NCBI GenBank assembly: GCA_002269645.1
Contig: NIVC01002367.1
Location: 1-64,000, forward strand
DNA from: Macrostomum lignano
Taxonomy: Eukaryota
Reading direction: 5' to 3'
Length of the DNA stretch: 64,000 nucleotides
Made by a program: the position numbers and the translations under genes. Under the pieces are notes generated by a model, which saw nothing but the letters and a program-made list of their open reading frames with translations, did no database searches and was not told the DNA's origin. Shown piece after piece: positions 1 to 11,624 of this stretch; positions within the stretch are counted from its first letter, which is position 1, and each line of letters opens with the position of its first letter.

Positions 1-99
1 CACTGACGCCTGTATCTAACACACTGACGCCTGTATCTAAATATCGCTGTATCTAACACACAGTGTTCATTGTTTACTACCAGAGAAATTTTTGCTCAC

Positions 100-594
100 C
101 AAAATCGCAAATCTTCAATTCCAGCGCCTCATTGATCAGTAAATTGCTCGGCTTCAAATCTCGATGAGCAACACCAATGGAGTGGATGCAGCTGAGACCG
201 CACATCAGCTGATAGAATATGTACCTGCAGTTCGGTTGGGAGAACTTCTTGAGAGTGATAGAGACCGATAGATAGATAGATAGATAGATAGATAGACAGA
301 TCTCACTTGACATCGGGGAAAGCCAGGGCTCCCGCTGCTTGAGGAAGCCATTCAAGTCCATGGGCATGTAGTCCAGCACAAGGTAGACATCGCAGGACTG
401 ACGCGACTGCTGCAGAAAAATTCCCCGCAGCGAGACTACATTGGGATGCGACAGATGGCGCAGTATTTTGATTTCGCGAAATGCTCGCTTAGCAACAACT
501 TCGTTGGCGAAAGCGTCTGATAGTCGCTTGATGGCAACTCGCGAGCCAGTGTCTGCCACAGTGGCTGAGCACACAAGCCCATAGGCGCCAAGAC
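100..594 (-). CDS. MAP kinase (ERK5/p38-like CMGC kinase) exon region, subdomains I-VII; gene continues beyond the window start and its first exon was not located
   Basis: GxGAYG loop, VAIK, HRDLKPSNLL and DFG motifs; acceptor ttgcag at 595-600 and donor G|GTGAG at 100/99; probable internal intron 225-306 containing (TCTA)n. Confidence 0.9.
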
Positions 595-2229
595 CTGCAA
601 TCAGAAAATGATGAATCATTTAGGTTCATTTTGAGATATTGCTTGGACTTTTACTCAATATATTTACAAATCAGAAAAGTTATTTTCTAATAAATCATCT
701 GCTGTAAATACACTATAGATTTGTTTAAGAGTAATTCATTAAAAATCAAAATGGTCTATACATTTTTGACAGATTGCTGATCGGGGTTAAAAATTACAGA
801 AGTATGATATTTTTAGAAATTATTACAAAGTAGAAATGAAATAAAATAGAAAATAATAGCGAAAAAATAAAAATCAATAAAAACTCAGCCTTCAACATTC
901 AAATCTTAACAATAAAAGTAGATTTTTACCAAAAATACTTGTTTTGTATACATAAATCAATCTCTGTTGTTCAGCTTTTAAACATACCCATGAACTTCTC
1001 GAAACGATACGGCGTGCCATTAAAGTTGAAATTCACATTAAATTGTCGAATCTTCTCTCGTATGCCCTCGTTTTGTAGGGCAAAACAGACTTCGCATTTC
1101 AAGAGCAGATATTTTCTAAAAGGAATAATTTATGTCAGTTCTAAATTTCTGTGTGAAATTATCAAATCAATTATTAATTGCTAATAATAGATTCTTTTTA
1201 GTAGAAACGTACTTAAAAGGTGAAATGGTTTATAACCGATTCCTGAACAAAGACTTACAAATAAATAAATCGAAAGTTCCGAACAGGCACAGAGTCCAAG
1301 GTTGCTGGTGGCGCTATAAGTCGCACATGGTACCGGATAAAAGTCATAAAAATTCTAAGTTAAAATTTTGCGATGAACTAATATAATTATTTTATACAAT
1401 TTTAACAAAATAACTAACTTTTATTTGTTTATTAAAAGAAAAAGCTTCAATAATCTTTGATTCTTTTGATAAGTAAGATTTTGGATAGCATTCTTAAGCA
1501 ACAAAGAATAACACACGAAGTAACACCAGATAGAGCGTCACTAGAGTCGCGGAGATTTGAATATTGAAGACGTAAAATATTTACCCAAAATTGGCGTCAA
1601 ATGCATGTAAAAATTTCTCGATACATCCAATTTTATAATAAAATATGTCAAAAAATATCGTCTCCTGGGCTTTAAAATTTGGATTATATAACTATATTAG
1701 ATAGAGCATGCTCTATATTGAAATGCCATGCACATTTAAAAATATTATTTGAAGTATGTCTTAGAAGTTGAATTATAAACATTTTTGATATAATTTTGCC
1801 CTAAAATAATAACTATAAAAACCATACATTAGCTACTAGCTGTTCATTACCTCTATCCTCCACCCTCTTCTCCCTCTGGCCCCTTTTCTGCAGGGTGGTC
1901 CAAAGACAGCGGGAAGGCATGCACTGCCCATTCCGCTAACCTTCCAGCCTCAACCTCCTCTCCAGCCACCACCCTCTTCCCCAACCGATGCTCCCTAACA
2001 GGCAATCATTGTATTCCATTATATCGAGAATTTTTATTTATGTGCTACATCTAGATTCCTTGGTTCTATCCGTTAAATCCAAAAGATCAAATACTATAAG
2101 TTTGCTGCTCAATCTGCTTTCCATATCCCTTGCTTGAGTAGCATAAGGATCAGTGAGGAGTCTGGCTAAGTCTCGTTTAGATCGTCATTAGCAATACAGC
2201 ATGGCATTAAAATATTTCAAGAGATTCAA

Positions 2230-2352
2230 ACGGTAGGGTGGGGTGGAGGGGAAGAGGGTGGGGCTGGAGGTGAAGAGGATGGGGCTGGAGGGGAAGAGGG
2301 TGGGACTGGAGTGGAAGAGGGTGGGCGCTGGAGAGGAGGGTGGGCTGGAGGG
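2230..2352. repeat. Short G-rich minisatellite, about 21-bp unit (ggtggggctggaggggaagag)
   Basis: About 6 degenerate tandem copies visible. Confidence 0.8.
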
Positions 2353-2835
2353 AGCGAAGCTGTTGGGAGAGCGCCGTAGGCAGCGGCGTTAGCGTGCGGA
2401 AGTGTAGTCCATTCTAGATGGAAATCTTTTAGAGATTCTGAGTGATGACGCCCTCCTAGAGTTCGAAGGCGCCTCATGTAGCACCTGTCCACAACTCATG
2501 TAGCACCTGTTTTCATGTAACTCCTTGCCTGTTTTCATTCAGTTTATGACTGAAGGGGCTCTGCTTCTGTCTACCCTTCGTCTCGTAATATCTGTATATG
2601 CATGTTATTTCTGCGATTTTCATTCCGGACTGACACTATTGCGTCATATTTAATTATTGCATTATCATTCTTATTGACACTGGGTAGACATGTGGTGCCC
2701 GCGCTTCCCATGCACCTCCAGCTTCCCAGTAGTGCTTGAAGTGCCCGAAGTTGGTTCTGTATATACTCAGTAGCATTGAAAAGTCGCCAACACAAAAGAT
2801 TCCGTCTGTGGTAACCACTTTTGAGAGAGCAGGTA

Positions 2836-4226
2836 AACTGCAACCTGTCTACTGCAAACTACTGGTTGCAATCGAAACCCATCGGGCCGACTAAACATAT
2901 GCAAAACTGCAACCTGTTGAAATTGCAACCTATCCAACCTGCAACCTGTCTACTGCAACCTATCCAAACTGCAACCTGTCCAAACTGCAACCTGTCTACT
3001 GCAATCTGTCCAAACTGCAAACTGTCTACTGCAACCTGTCCAAACTGCAACCTGTCTACTGCAATCTGTTCAAACTGCAACCTGTCTACTGCAGCCTGTC
3101 CAATCTGCAACCTGTCCAATCTGCAACCTGTCTACTGCAACCTATCCAACCTGCAACCTGTCTACTGCAACCTATCCAAACTGCAGCCTGTCCAATCTGC
3201 AACCTGTCCAATCTGCAACCTGTCTACTGCAACCTATCCAACCTGCAACCTGTCTACTGCAACCTATCCAAACTGCAACCTGTCCAAACTGCAACCTGTC
3301 TACTGCAATCTGTCCAAACTGCAACCTGTCTACTGCAACCTGTCTACTGCAATCTGTCCAAACTGCAACCTGTCTACTGCAATCTGTCCAAACTGCAACC
3401 TGTCTACTGCAACCTGTCTACTGCAATCTGTCCAAACTGCAACCTGTCCAAACTGCAACCTGTCTACTGCAGCCTGTCCAATCTGCAACCTGTCCAATCT
3501 GCAACCTGTCTACTGCAGCCTGTCCAATCTGCAACCTGTCTACTGCAACCTATCCAACCTGCAACCTGTCTACTGCAACCTATCCAAACTGCAACCTGTC
3601 CAAACTGCAACCTGTCTACTGCAATCTGTCCAAACTGCAACCTGTGTACTGCAATCTGTCCAAACTGCAACCTGTCTACTGCAATCTGTCCAAACTGCAA
3701 CCTGTCTACTGCAACCTGTCTACTGCAATCTGTCCAATCTGCAACCTGTCTACTGCAGGCTGTCCAATCTGCAACCTGTCTACTGCAGCCTGTCCAATCT
3801 GCAACCTGTCCAATCTGCAACCTGTCTACTGCAGCCTGTCCAAACTGCAACCTGTCTACTGCAGCCTGTCCAATCTGCAACCTGTCCAATCTGCAACCTG
3901 TCTACTGCAGCCTGTCCAAACTGCAACCTGTCCAAACTGCAACCTGTCTACTGCAATCTGTCCAAACTGCAACCTGTCCAAACTGCAGCCTGTCCAAACT
4001 GCAACCTGTCCAAACTGCAGCCTGTCCAAACTGCAACCTGTCCAAACTGCAACCTGTCCAAACTGCAGCCTGTCCAAACTGCAGCCTGTCCAAACTGCAG
4101 CCTGTCCAAACTGCAACCTGTCCAAACTGCAGCCTGTCCAAACTGCAACCTGTCCAAACTGCAACCTGTCCAAACTGCAACCTGTCCAAACTGCAGCCTG
4201 TCCAAACTGCAGCCTGTCTACTGCAA
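2836..4226. repeat. Satellite of alternating 14/16-bp units (ctgcaacctgtcta / ctgcaacctgtccaaa)
   Basis: Direct tandem periodicity; overlapping periodic ORFs in several frames on both strands. Confidence 0.97.
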
Positions 4227-4659
4227 CAGGGACACATATTTGAAACAAATAAATCAAAGTAAAAAAACGAATCAACTTCGGCAAAATTGGACTGTAAGGA
4301 ACTATATTGATTGAAATGCTTATTCAAAATGCAGGAACTTAATTCTTGGTAAACTACTACATGTATTATAGAAACATACGCTCGTGTGAGACCAAACCAA
4401 TTTTAAAGAGTTTGTTAAGTTTTTTTTCAGTTTTTAAATACGCGCGTAAATTATTTAAAAAAAGGAAATGCAAACCGACAAATACAAACAGGCAAAGAAT
4501 AAGATGAATTTATGGAACATAAAGTGATTACTACTACTTAAAAAATTAACCAGTTACAAACGTAAAGACTAAGTCGCTGACAAACTACCCTGAAAAGTAT
4601 AATAAAGCACTTTTAATCTGACCAATATTACTCCATGACTATTTTCAATGATTTCAATG

Positions 4660-5235
4660 ACCAGATACCACCCCCAGAACCAGACCCACCCCTATGACCA
4701 GACACCACCCCCTATGACCAGACACCATCCCTATGACTAGACACCACCCCCTATGACCAGACACCACCCCCTATGACCAGACAACCATGCCCTATGACCA
4801 GACACCACCCCCTATGACCAGACAGACACCACCCTAAATGACAAGTCACCACCCCTATGACTGCAGACATCATGCCCTATGACCAGACACCACTCCCTAT
4901 GACCAGACACCACTCCTTATGACTAGACACCACCCTAAATGATAAGACCCCACCCCTATGACCAGACACCACCCTAAATGACCAGACAGCACCCCCATGA
5001 CCAGACACCACCCCCATGACCAGACACCACCCCCTATGACCAGACACCCTGCCCTATATGACCAGACACCATGCCCTATATGACCAGACACCATGCTCTA
5101 TGACCAGACACCACCCCCTATGACCAGACACCCTGCCCTATATGACCAGACACCACCCCTATGACCAGACACCACCCCCTATGACCAGACACCCTGCCCT
5201 ATATGACCAGACACCCTGCCCCATGACCAGACACC
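4660..5235. repeat. Minisatellite, about 20-23-bp unit (tatgaccagacaccacccc)
   Basis: Tandem copies immediately downstream of the PrimPol stop. Confidence 0.95.
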
Positions 5236-5268
5236 AAAAATCAATTTTCAGACATCCAACTCGCAGTC

Positions 5269-5574
5269 CTAATCAGTCAGAAAGTTCCACGGAAACAGTT
5301 CTGCCGGAAGTGGAAACGCATTGGACCGGTACTTGTGACAGTCAGGATCGAAGCAGCGCTGCTCAAACGACTGCTCAACCAGGTTGACAAGGAAATAGAC
5401 GTGATTGCTTCTGTGGTGCCGCTCCACTCGATGGCAATACCGATAGTTGCTAGGGAACAGGGTGAGGATCTGATTGGCTGGGCAGTAGGACCACATCCTC
5501 AACTGGCCTTGATTGGACATCACTGTGACGAGGAAGTGCCGATCCACTTCCGGGTAGGGAGACGGCGGGCGGCC
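5269..5574 (-). CDS. PRIMPOL: PrimPol exon 4 (UL52-like C-H-C-C zinc finger, stop)
   Basis: SPYPEVDRHF...YRYCHRVERHHRSN...QRCFDPDC resembles the human PrimPol ZnF as I recall it; acceptor ctctcag at 5575; phase 0 joins exon 3. Confidence 0.93.
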   Translation of the reverse strand, partial: GRPPSPYPEVDRHFLVTVMSNQGQLRMWSYCPANQILTLFPSNYRYCHRVERHHRSNHVYFLVNLVEQSFEQRCFDPDCHKYRSNAFPLPAELFPWNFLTD

Positions 5575-5924
5575 CTGAGAGGAAGTGGCATGATTGAATT
5601 AATAGGATTACCCTAATGCTAAAGTCGCAAAAATACTTCCCAATCGGCAAATTTGCACGTAAGCTACTTTCAGTAGTGCACAGTTAAGTAAAAGGTTAAA
5701 TAATTCAAGCATTTTAAAGTAGTTTTGCTTAACCCACTGAAAAGCGGCATTCCAAACTCGAACTTCCATAAATTTGACTTGATTGATGTCAGTAGATAGT
5801 TTAATTCAGGGTTTGCGAGATTTTCTAAATGTAAATGTAATGTTAGTTCCTTTTCGCCATTAGAGATCCTTTAAGTTGTACTTAAGAAATTTAAGATATT
5901 ATAAAAGGAAAGTTATTATAACTC

Positions 5925-6090
5925 ACGACTTTGAGGTCGGGGGTTCGATTCCCGATCCCACTCGGAACAATTTGAGTCCTTAAGCAAGACACTTAACTCT
6001 GCATTGCTTCAGTTCACCCAGCTGTAAAATGGGTGCCAGCATTAGCTGGGGTAACTGAGGGTTTGTGGCGACCCCCAGTCCTTGGACTGA
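5925..6090 (+). mobile_element. 5'-truncated tRNA-derived SINE with Deu/Nin-type conserved core, in PrimPol intron 3
   Basis: B-box ggttcgattcc followed by gagtccttaagcaagacacttaactc...cacccagctgtaaaatgggt, matching the recalled Deu/Nin core; no A-box seen. Confidence 0.65.
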
Positions 6091-6154
6091 TCATTAATAT
6101 GGGGCGAGATAATTTTTAATCTCTTAGCTGAGCCAGTGAGCGAACTAAACCCAC

Positions 6155-7207
6155 CTGAAGCAACTCTTGACCGTCGCGGGCCGATCGCAATCGAAGCTCC
6201 GAACTCGGACAAGAGGAACACAAACTTGTTGTCGGATTTGAATTGGCGCCAGATGACCGACGACCAGCGGATTCGAACCAACAAGCACCGTTTACGCCGC
6301 CGGTACAGCCGGAAGGCGACGCTAGCGCCGAGACCGAATGCGGCACCGGCGTTATCAAACTCCGACGCAGGAGCTCAGCTTCCAATTCGGAGGCCGGAGT
6401 GGAGGAAGAAGCCAGCGGAGGCCAGGGCAGCAGCGGGGACTTTGGCTTGGCAAGTTTAGCCGAATAAGCGGTGCGGAAGTTCCGGTTGCGAGAGTAAACC
6501 GACAGGTCGGCAATGAACGAGCGACGATTCGAAGACTGTTGAGGATCCAAAGGAGCAAAGGGAAATAGCAGCTGCGATTCGGACACACTGGGATTAAAGC
6601 TGAAAATTGGTGACTTTTTGGCTTCGAAATCCTTGGGATTTCCGATGGAATTTCCTGCGATACTTGGGGCATCACTTCCGGTTAAATCTGGAGCTTTACT
6701 TCCGGTTAAATTACGAGCTTTACTTTGGGTTAAATTACGAGCTTTACTTTTAGTTAAATTACGAGCTTCACTTCCGGTTAAATTACGAGCTTCACTTCCG
6801 GTTAAATTACGAGCTTCACTTCCGGTTAAATTACGAGCTTCACTTCCGGTTAAATTACGAGCTTCACTTCCGGTTAAATTACGAGCTTCACTTCCGGTTA
6901 AATTACGAGCTTCACTTCCGGTTAAATTACGAGCTTCACTTCCGGTTAAATTACGAGCTTCACTTCCGGTTAAATGAAGAGATTCACTTCCGGTCGAATG
7001 GTAAACTTCACCAGCGCTCGATTGTTCGAGACTTTTTAAAATGCGCATCCTGAATTCCTGGCAGTTTAGGCACAGATTATTAGCTAATCTGTACACCGGA
7101 AGTCCGTGATCTAACTCGTCCGCAAACGAGTCTAAAGCTAGCCATTCCATCAGTAGGGCGTAGGCAAAACGAATAAAACGACCCATTATCTCGTTGTTGG
7201 AGAATAC
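6155..7207 (-). CDS. PRIMPOL: PrimPol exon 3 (AEP motif III, with an LTGSEARN repeat insertion)
   Basis: FSNNEIMGRF and FIADLSVYSRNRNFR; acceptor ctaag at 7208, donor CAG|GTGGGT at 6155/6154; 1053 nt, in frame. Confidence 0.9.
6665..6995 (-). repeat. 24-bp coding tandem repeat (TTAACCGGAAGTGAAGCTCGTAAT = LTGSEARN), 9 perfect plus about 5 degenerate copies
   Basis: Counted directly in the sequence; lies in the PrimPol reading frame. Confidence 0.95.
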
Positions 7208-7318
7208 CTTAGAATTAGTGTTTTAAAAAAGTATGCGTTTTATACTACTCATTACCTAGCTAGTAGACAAGTAAAGAAAAAGGAAAGGAAAAATATTAAA
7301 TAAAAATTCAGTGCTTAC

Positions 7319-7532
7319 AACATTAGGAAAGATAACGTGACGACTGAACTTCTGATCTGTGCTGGCATCCAGTTGTACAGCTTCCATCCAATCAGAATGA
7401 GTTGCTCCAGTGTCACCAAATGCCACAGTCAGCAAGTTGCGAATAAATCCTAGTAGAATGTCCGTAGCCATTGATCCGTCTAGATCAGGGTTTGATAACC
7501 TGTCGAACTCAAGGTCGAAGTATAGGCGGCAT
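7319..7532 (-). CDS. PRIMPOL: PrimPol exon 2 (AEP motif I DxE and motif II SxH)
   Basis: RCRLYFDLEFD and DASTDQKFSRHVIF; acceptor ccccag at 7533, donor GTT|GTAAGC at 7319/7318. Confidence 0.95.
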
Positions 7533-7578
7533 CTGGGGGAGAGGGTGAATCGGAGGGTGAATCAGAGGATTCAGAGGG

Positions 7579-8195
7579 CGACTCTCAATAGAGATCAGAT
7601 GGCGATTCTCAATAGAGATCAGATGGCAATTCTCAATAGAGATCAGATGGCAACTCTCAATAGAGATCAGATGGCAATTCTCAAAAGAGATCAGATGGCA
7701 ACTCTCAATAGAGATCAGATGGCAACTCTCAATAGAGATCAGATGGCAATTCTCAAAAGAGATCAGATGGCAACTCTCAATAGAGATCAGATGGCAACTC
7801 TCAATAGAGATCAGATGGCGACTCTCAATAGAGATCAGATGGCAATTCTCAATAGAGATCAGATGGCGACTCTCAATAGAGATCAGATAACAGATCAGAT
7901 CAGATGGCGACTCTCAATAGAGATCAGATGGCAATTCTCAATAGAGATCAGATGGCGACTCTCAATAGAGATCAGATAACAGATCAGATCAGATGGCGAC
8001 TCTCAATAGAGATCAGATGGCAACTCTCAATAGAGATCAGATGGCGACTCTCAATAGACCAAATGGTGACTCTCAATAGAGATGAGATGGCGACTCTCAA
8101 TAGAGATCAGATGGCAACTCTCAATAGAGATCAGATGACAGATCAGATCAGATGGCAACTCTCAATAGAGATCAGATGACAGATCAGATCAGATG
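7579..8195. repeat. 24-bp satellite filling PrimPol intron 1 (actctcaatagagatcagatggca)
   Basis: Tandem periodicity. Confidence 0.97.
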
Positions 8196-8225
8196 GAAAT
8201 TTAGAGACAAACAACCAGACTATAC

Positions 8226-8596
8226 CTGGAGCCCTCGGGAATAAGTTCGTACAGGTGTCTCCGGCCAACAGGGTGGCCCAGCAGGTAGTCAATACCTGTC
8301 TGCAAGTCGCACACAAAGTACAGCCTCTGGCCCTGGTAACCAAGGGATGCAGACTCGCTACTCATCACCAACGGAGGCAATTTCGACGGTTCTAAACAAC
8401 TGTCACCATGGCAACAACGCTTATAGTATTCTAACGCGTCAGATTGGCTGCGAAAATAATCAGAGAATTGCCAATCAGATAGCAGGCGCCGTTGAGCTGG
8501 CGGCGACACAATTTTATTGCCTAGCAACCGCCTAGCAACCAATTCAAGTTCATCGGTTGATTTTCTTTTTCTTGTTAATTGTTTGCTGCTTTGCAT
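8226..8596 (-). CDS. PRIMPOL: PrimPol exon 1 (ATG at 8596)
   Basis: RRHLYELIPEG preceding motif I; donor AG|GTATAG at 8226/8225, phase 2 matches exon 2; four exons total 1944 nt (647 aa plus stop). Confidence 0.88.
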
Positions 8597-8677
8597 GGCA
8601 GCATAGACTGCAAAATTGCAATGCACAGAATGTACTGTTGTAAGCAGAGAGCAAGTTGAGAACTTTTTCTCTCTCCT

Positions 8678-9066
8678 AGGATTTAGGTGTCTAAATTAGG
8701 ATTTAAGTGTCTAGATCAGGATTTAAGTGTCTAGATCAGGATTTGAGTGTCTAGATCAGGATTTAAGTGTCTAGATCAGGATTTGAGTGTCTAGATCAGG
8801 ATTTGAGTGTCTAGATCAGGATTTGAGTGTCTAGATCAGGATTTGAGTGTCTAGATTAGGATTTGAGTGTCTAAATCAGGATTTGAGTGTCTAGATCAGG
8901 ATTTGAGTGTCTAGATCAGGATTTGAGTGTCTAGATCAGGATTTGAGTGTCTACATCAGGATTTACGTGTCTAGACAAGGATTTGAGTGTCTAGACAAGG
9001 ATTTGAGTGTCTAGACAAGGATTTGAGTGTCTAGATCAGGATTTGAGTGTCTAGATCAGGATTTCA
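8678..9066. repeat. 20-bp satellite (ggatttgagtgtctagatca) between STARD7 and PrimPol
   Basis: Tandem periodicity. Confidence 0.97.
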
Positions 9067-9651
9067 GTGTGGAAATTACAGCAATAGAGCAATTTAATTT
9101 TCAAAAAAGAAATAAAACAAACTCAAACAATTTTAGTTTCATGAATTTTAACAAAACGATGTAACCGTAAAAGCCGCATTATTATTAGCAGTATTACTTA
9201 CCAGTACTAATTATATTTGCCAGTACTAAGTCGTCACAATTCTATGTTGTACATAGGATTTACTTTTCAGCAAAAAATGCACCTCTTACGTCTTCTGTAA
9301 TTCTAATTGTATACTTGTTTTTTAAATTATAGTTTCTTTTTTGCACACCAGAAATACTACTACAATAGCTACAGTAATATACTTAGTAATATGTTATTAA
9401 TATTTCAAAAATATTTTCGGCACAGCTTTAAGCAGACTAAGAAGAGAAACATTAACTGAAGAAAAATATTTCATAAAACTTCAGGGCAGCAACGATGATG
9501 AAAACTTATATATACTACTTACATAGTAGGTAGAACATAGGCAGAAATGATATTTCTTTTTTTACCAAAATGGTCAATAGATGATTTCAACTCAAAATGA
9601 TGTTAATTTTGCTAATTCCTTGTGTCTAAGATGTCTGGCGTAAATTATTAT

Positions 9652-9779
9652 TTACGAATAGATTGGCTGGGAGAAGGTGCCGCCACTCTCGGCCGATACG
9701 GGTCTCGAACCCCCCGCAACCTGTTGTGATCGGCGAAGCTTAGTAGCCTGATGCAGCTTGGACATGAAGTCTGGTAGGC
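9652..9779 (-). CDS. STARD7: STARD7-like exon 3 (stop)
   Basis: GLPDFMSKLHQA resembles STARD7 GMPDFLEKLHMA; acceptor gacag at 9780; phase 1 consistent. Confidence 0.88.
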
Positions 9780-9870
9780 CTGTCATGATGACGGTAACAA
9801 TTGGATTTGATGTGGTATGCTGATTATTGTTCTGCATTAAACCCTTGCTTGTTTCAGTACTCCATGACAC

Positions 9871-11147
9871 TTGGCTAGTTTAGTAGTCTATAACCTTCCC
9901 TATTTTGGCTAGTTTAGTAGTCTATAACCTTCCCTATTTTGGCTAGTTTAGTAGTCCATAACCTTCCCTATTTTGGCTAGTTTAGTAGTCCATAACCTTC
10001 CCTATTTTGGCTAGTTTAGTAGTCCATAACCTTCCCTATTTTGGCTAGTTTAGTAGTCCATAACCTTCCCTATTTTGGCTAGTTTAGTAGTCCATAACCT
10101 TCCCTATTTTGGCTAGTTTAGTAGTCTATAACCTTCCCTATTTTGGCTAGTTTAGTAGTCCATAACCTTCCCTATTTTGGCTAGTTTAGTAGTCCAAAAC
10201 CTTCCTTATTTTTGGGTAGTTTAGTAGTCCATCAACCGACTCTATTTTTAGCAGTTTAGTAGTCCATAAACCTACCCTATTTTTAGCAGTTTAGTAGTCC
10301 ATAAACCTTCCCTATTTTTAGCAGTTTAGTAGTCCATAAACCTACCCTATTTTTAGCAGTTTAGTAGTCCATAAACCTACCCTATTTTTAGCAGTTTAGT
10401 AGTCCATAAACCTACCCTATTTTGAGCAGTTTAGTAGTCCATAAACCTACCCTATTTTTAGCAGTTTAATAGTCCATAAACATACCCTATTTTTAGCAGT
10501 TTAGTAGTCCATAAACATACCCTATTTTTAGCAGTTTAGTAGTCCATAAACATACCCTATTTTTAGCAGTTTAGTAGTCCATAAACATACCCTATTTTTA
10601 GCAGTTTAGTAGTCCATAAACATACCCTATTTTTAGCAGTTTAGTAGTCCATAAACATACCCTATTTTTAGCAGTTTAGTAGTCCATAAACCGACCCTAT
10701 TTTGAGCAGTTTAGTAGCCCATAAACCTATCCTATTTTGAGCAGTTTAGTAGCCCATAAACCTATCCTATTTTGAGCAGTTTAGTAGTCCATAAACCTAT
10801 CCTATTTTGAGCAGTTTAGTAGCCCATAAACCTACCCTATTTTGAGCAGTTTAGTAGCCCATAAACCTACCCTATTTTGAGCAGTTTAGTAGTCCATAAA
10901 CCTCATCCTATTTTGAGCAGTTTAGTAGCCCATAAACCTATCCTATTTTGAGCAGTTTAGTAGCCCATAAACCTATCCTATTTTGAGCAGTTTAGTAGTC
11001 CATAAACCTACCCTATTTTGAGCAGTTTAGTAGCCCATAAACCTATCCTATTTTGAGCAGTTTAGTAGCCCATAAACCTACCCTATTTTGAGCAGTTTAG
11101 TAGCCCATAAACCTACCCTATTTTGAGCAGTTTAGTAGTCCATAAAC
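9871..11147. repeat. 34-35-bp satellite filling STARD7 intron 2
   Basis: ttggctagtttagtagtccataaccttccctatt grading into gagcagtttagtagcccataaacctaccctatttt. Confidence 0.97.
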
Positions 11148-11210
11148 GTCACCCTAATTCTCAAAACCAGACGAACCTCTGGTATTTTATTTTAGCAACT
11201 GAAAACTCAC

Positions 11211-11601
11211 CAGACGAAGCCACCCAGTTATAAGCGAAACTGGGCACTGAGCTCTGCGGATTATCGCAATAAGTGAGCACATAGTCGAATCCGTTATCCC
11301 TTAATTCCGAGTGCGGCCAGATTACCATATCGCTACGGTACTCATTAACCCGAACTGTGCCCGGTCTGGCGTCGGCCTGTCCGAAATCTTCGGCCACTGA
11401 TCGATTAATAAATACAACAACTCCAGACTGAGGGTCCACGCGCCAGCGCCGCTTGTAGATGTACTCTCGGGGCCGCATGGGCCTGGGGTAGTAGGACACC
11501 CAGCGGATCAGGTCCGTGTTTGTGCCGCGGTCTCGGCTCAGGTACTGCAATTCTAGCACTAGATCGTCCCATTGCTTGCGATAGTCCAGGTCCTCCATCA
11601 C
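11211..11601 (-). CDS. STARD7: STARD7-like exon 2 (START domain core)
   Basis: DLDYRKQWD, REYIYKRR, NGFDYVLTYCDNPQ; acceptor ccgcag at 11602, donor G|GTGAG at 11211/11210. Confidence 0.93.
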
Positions 11602-11624
11602 CTGCGGGTTGCGCCAGCGTTTTG

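Noticed and set aside
1318-1328. pogo/Tigger-like terminal word ctataagtcgcac (1314-1326 region)
   Set aside because: No inverted partner or TA target found
2440-2555. C/D-box snoRNA (tgatga...ctga)
   Set aside because: No terminal stem or recognisable guide; the motifs are expected by chance
2821-4327. 497-aa Cys-rich ORF and overlapping ORFs
   Set aside because: Translation of a 14/16-bp satellite, open on both strands in several frames
5930-5975. tRNA gene
   Set aside because: Only a B-box; no A-box or cloverleaf, and it continues into a SINE core
6075-6115. Hammerhead-like words (ctgatca...cgaga)
   Set aside because: Core deviates from CUGANGA/GAAA and no stem II forms
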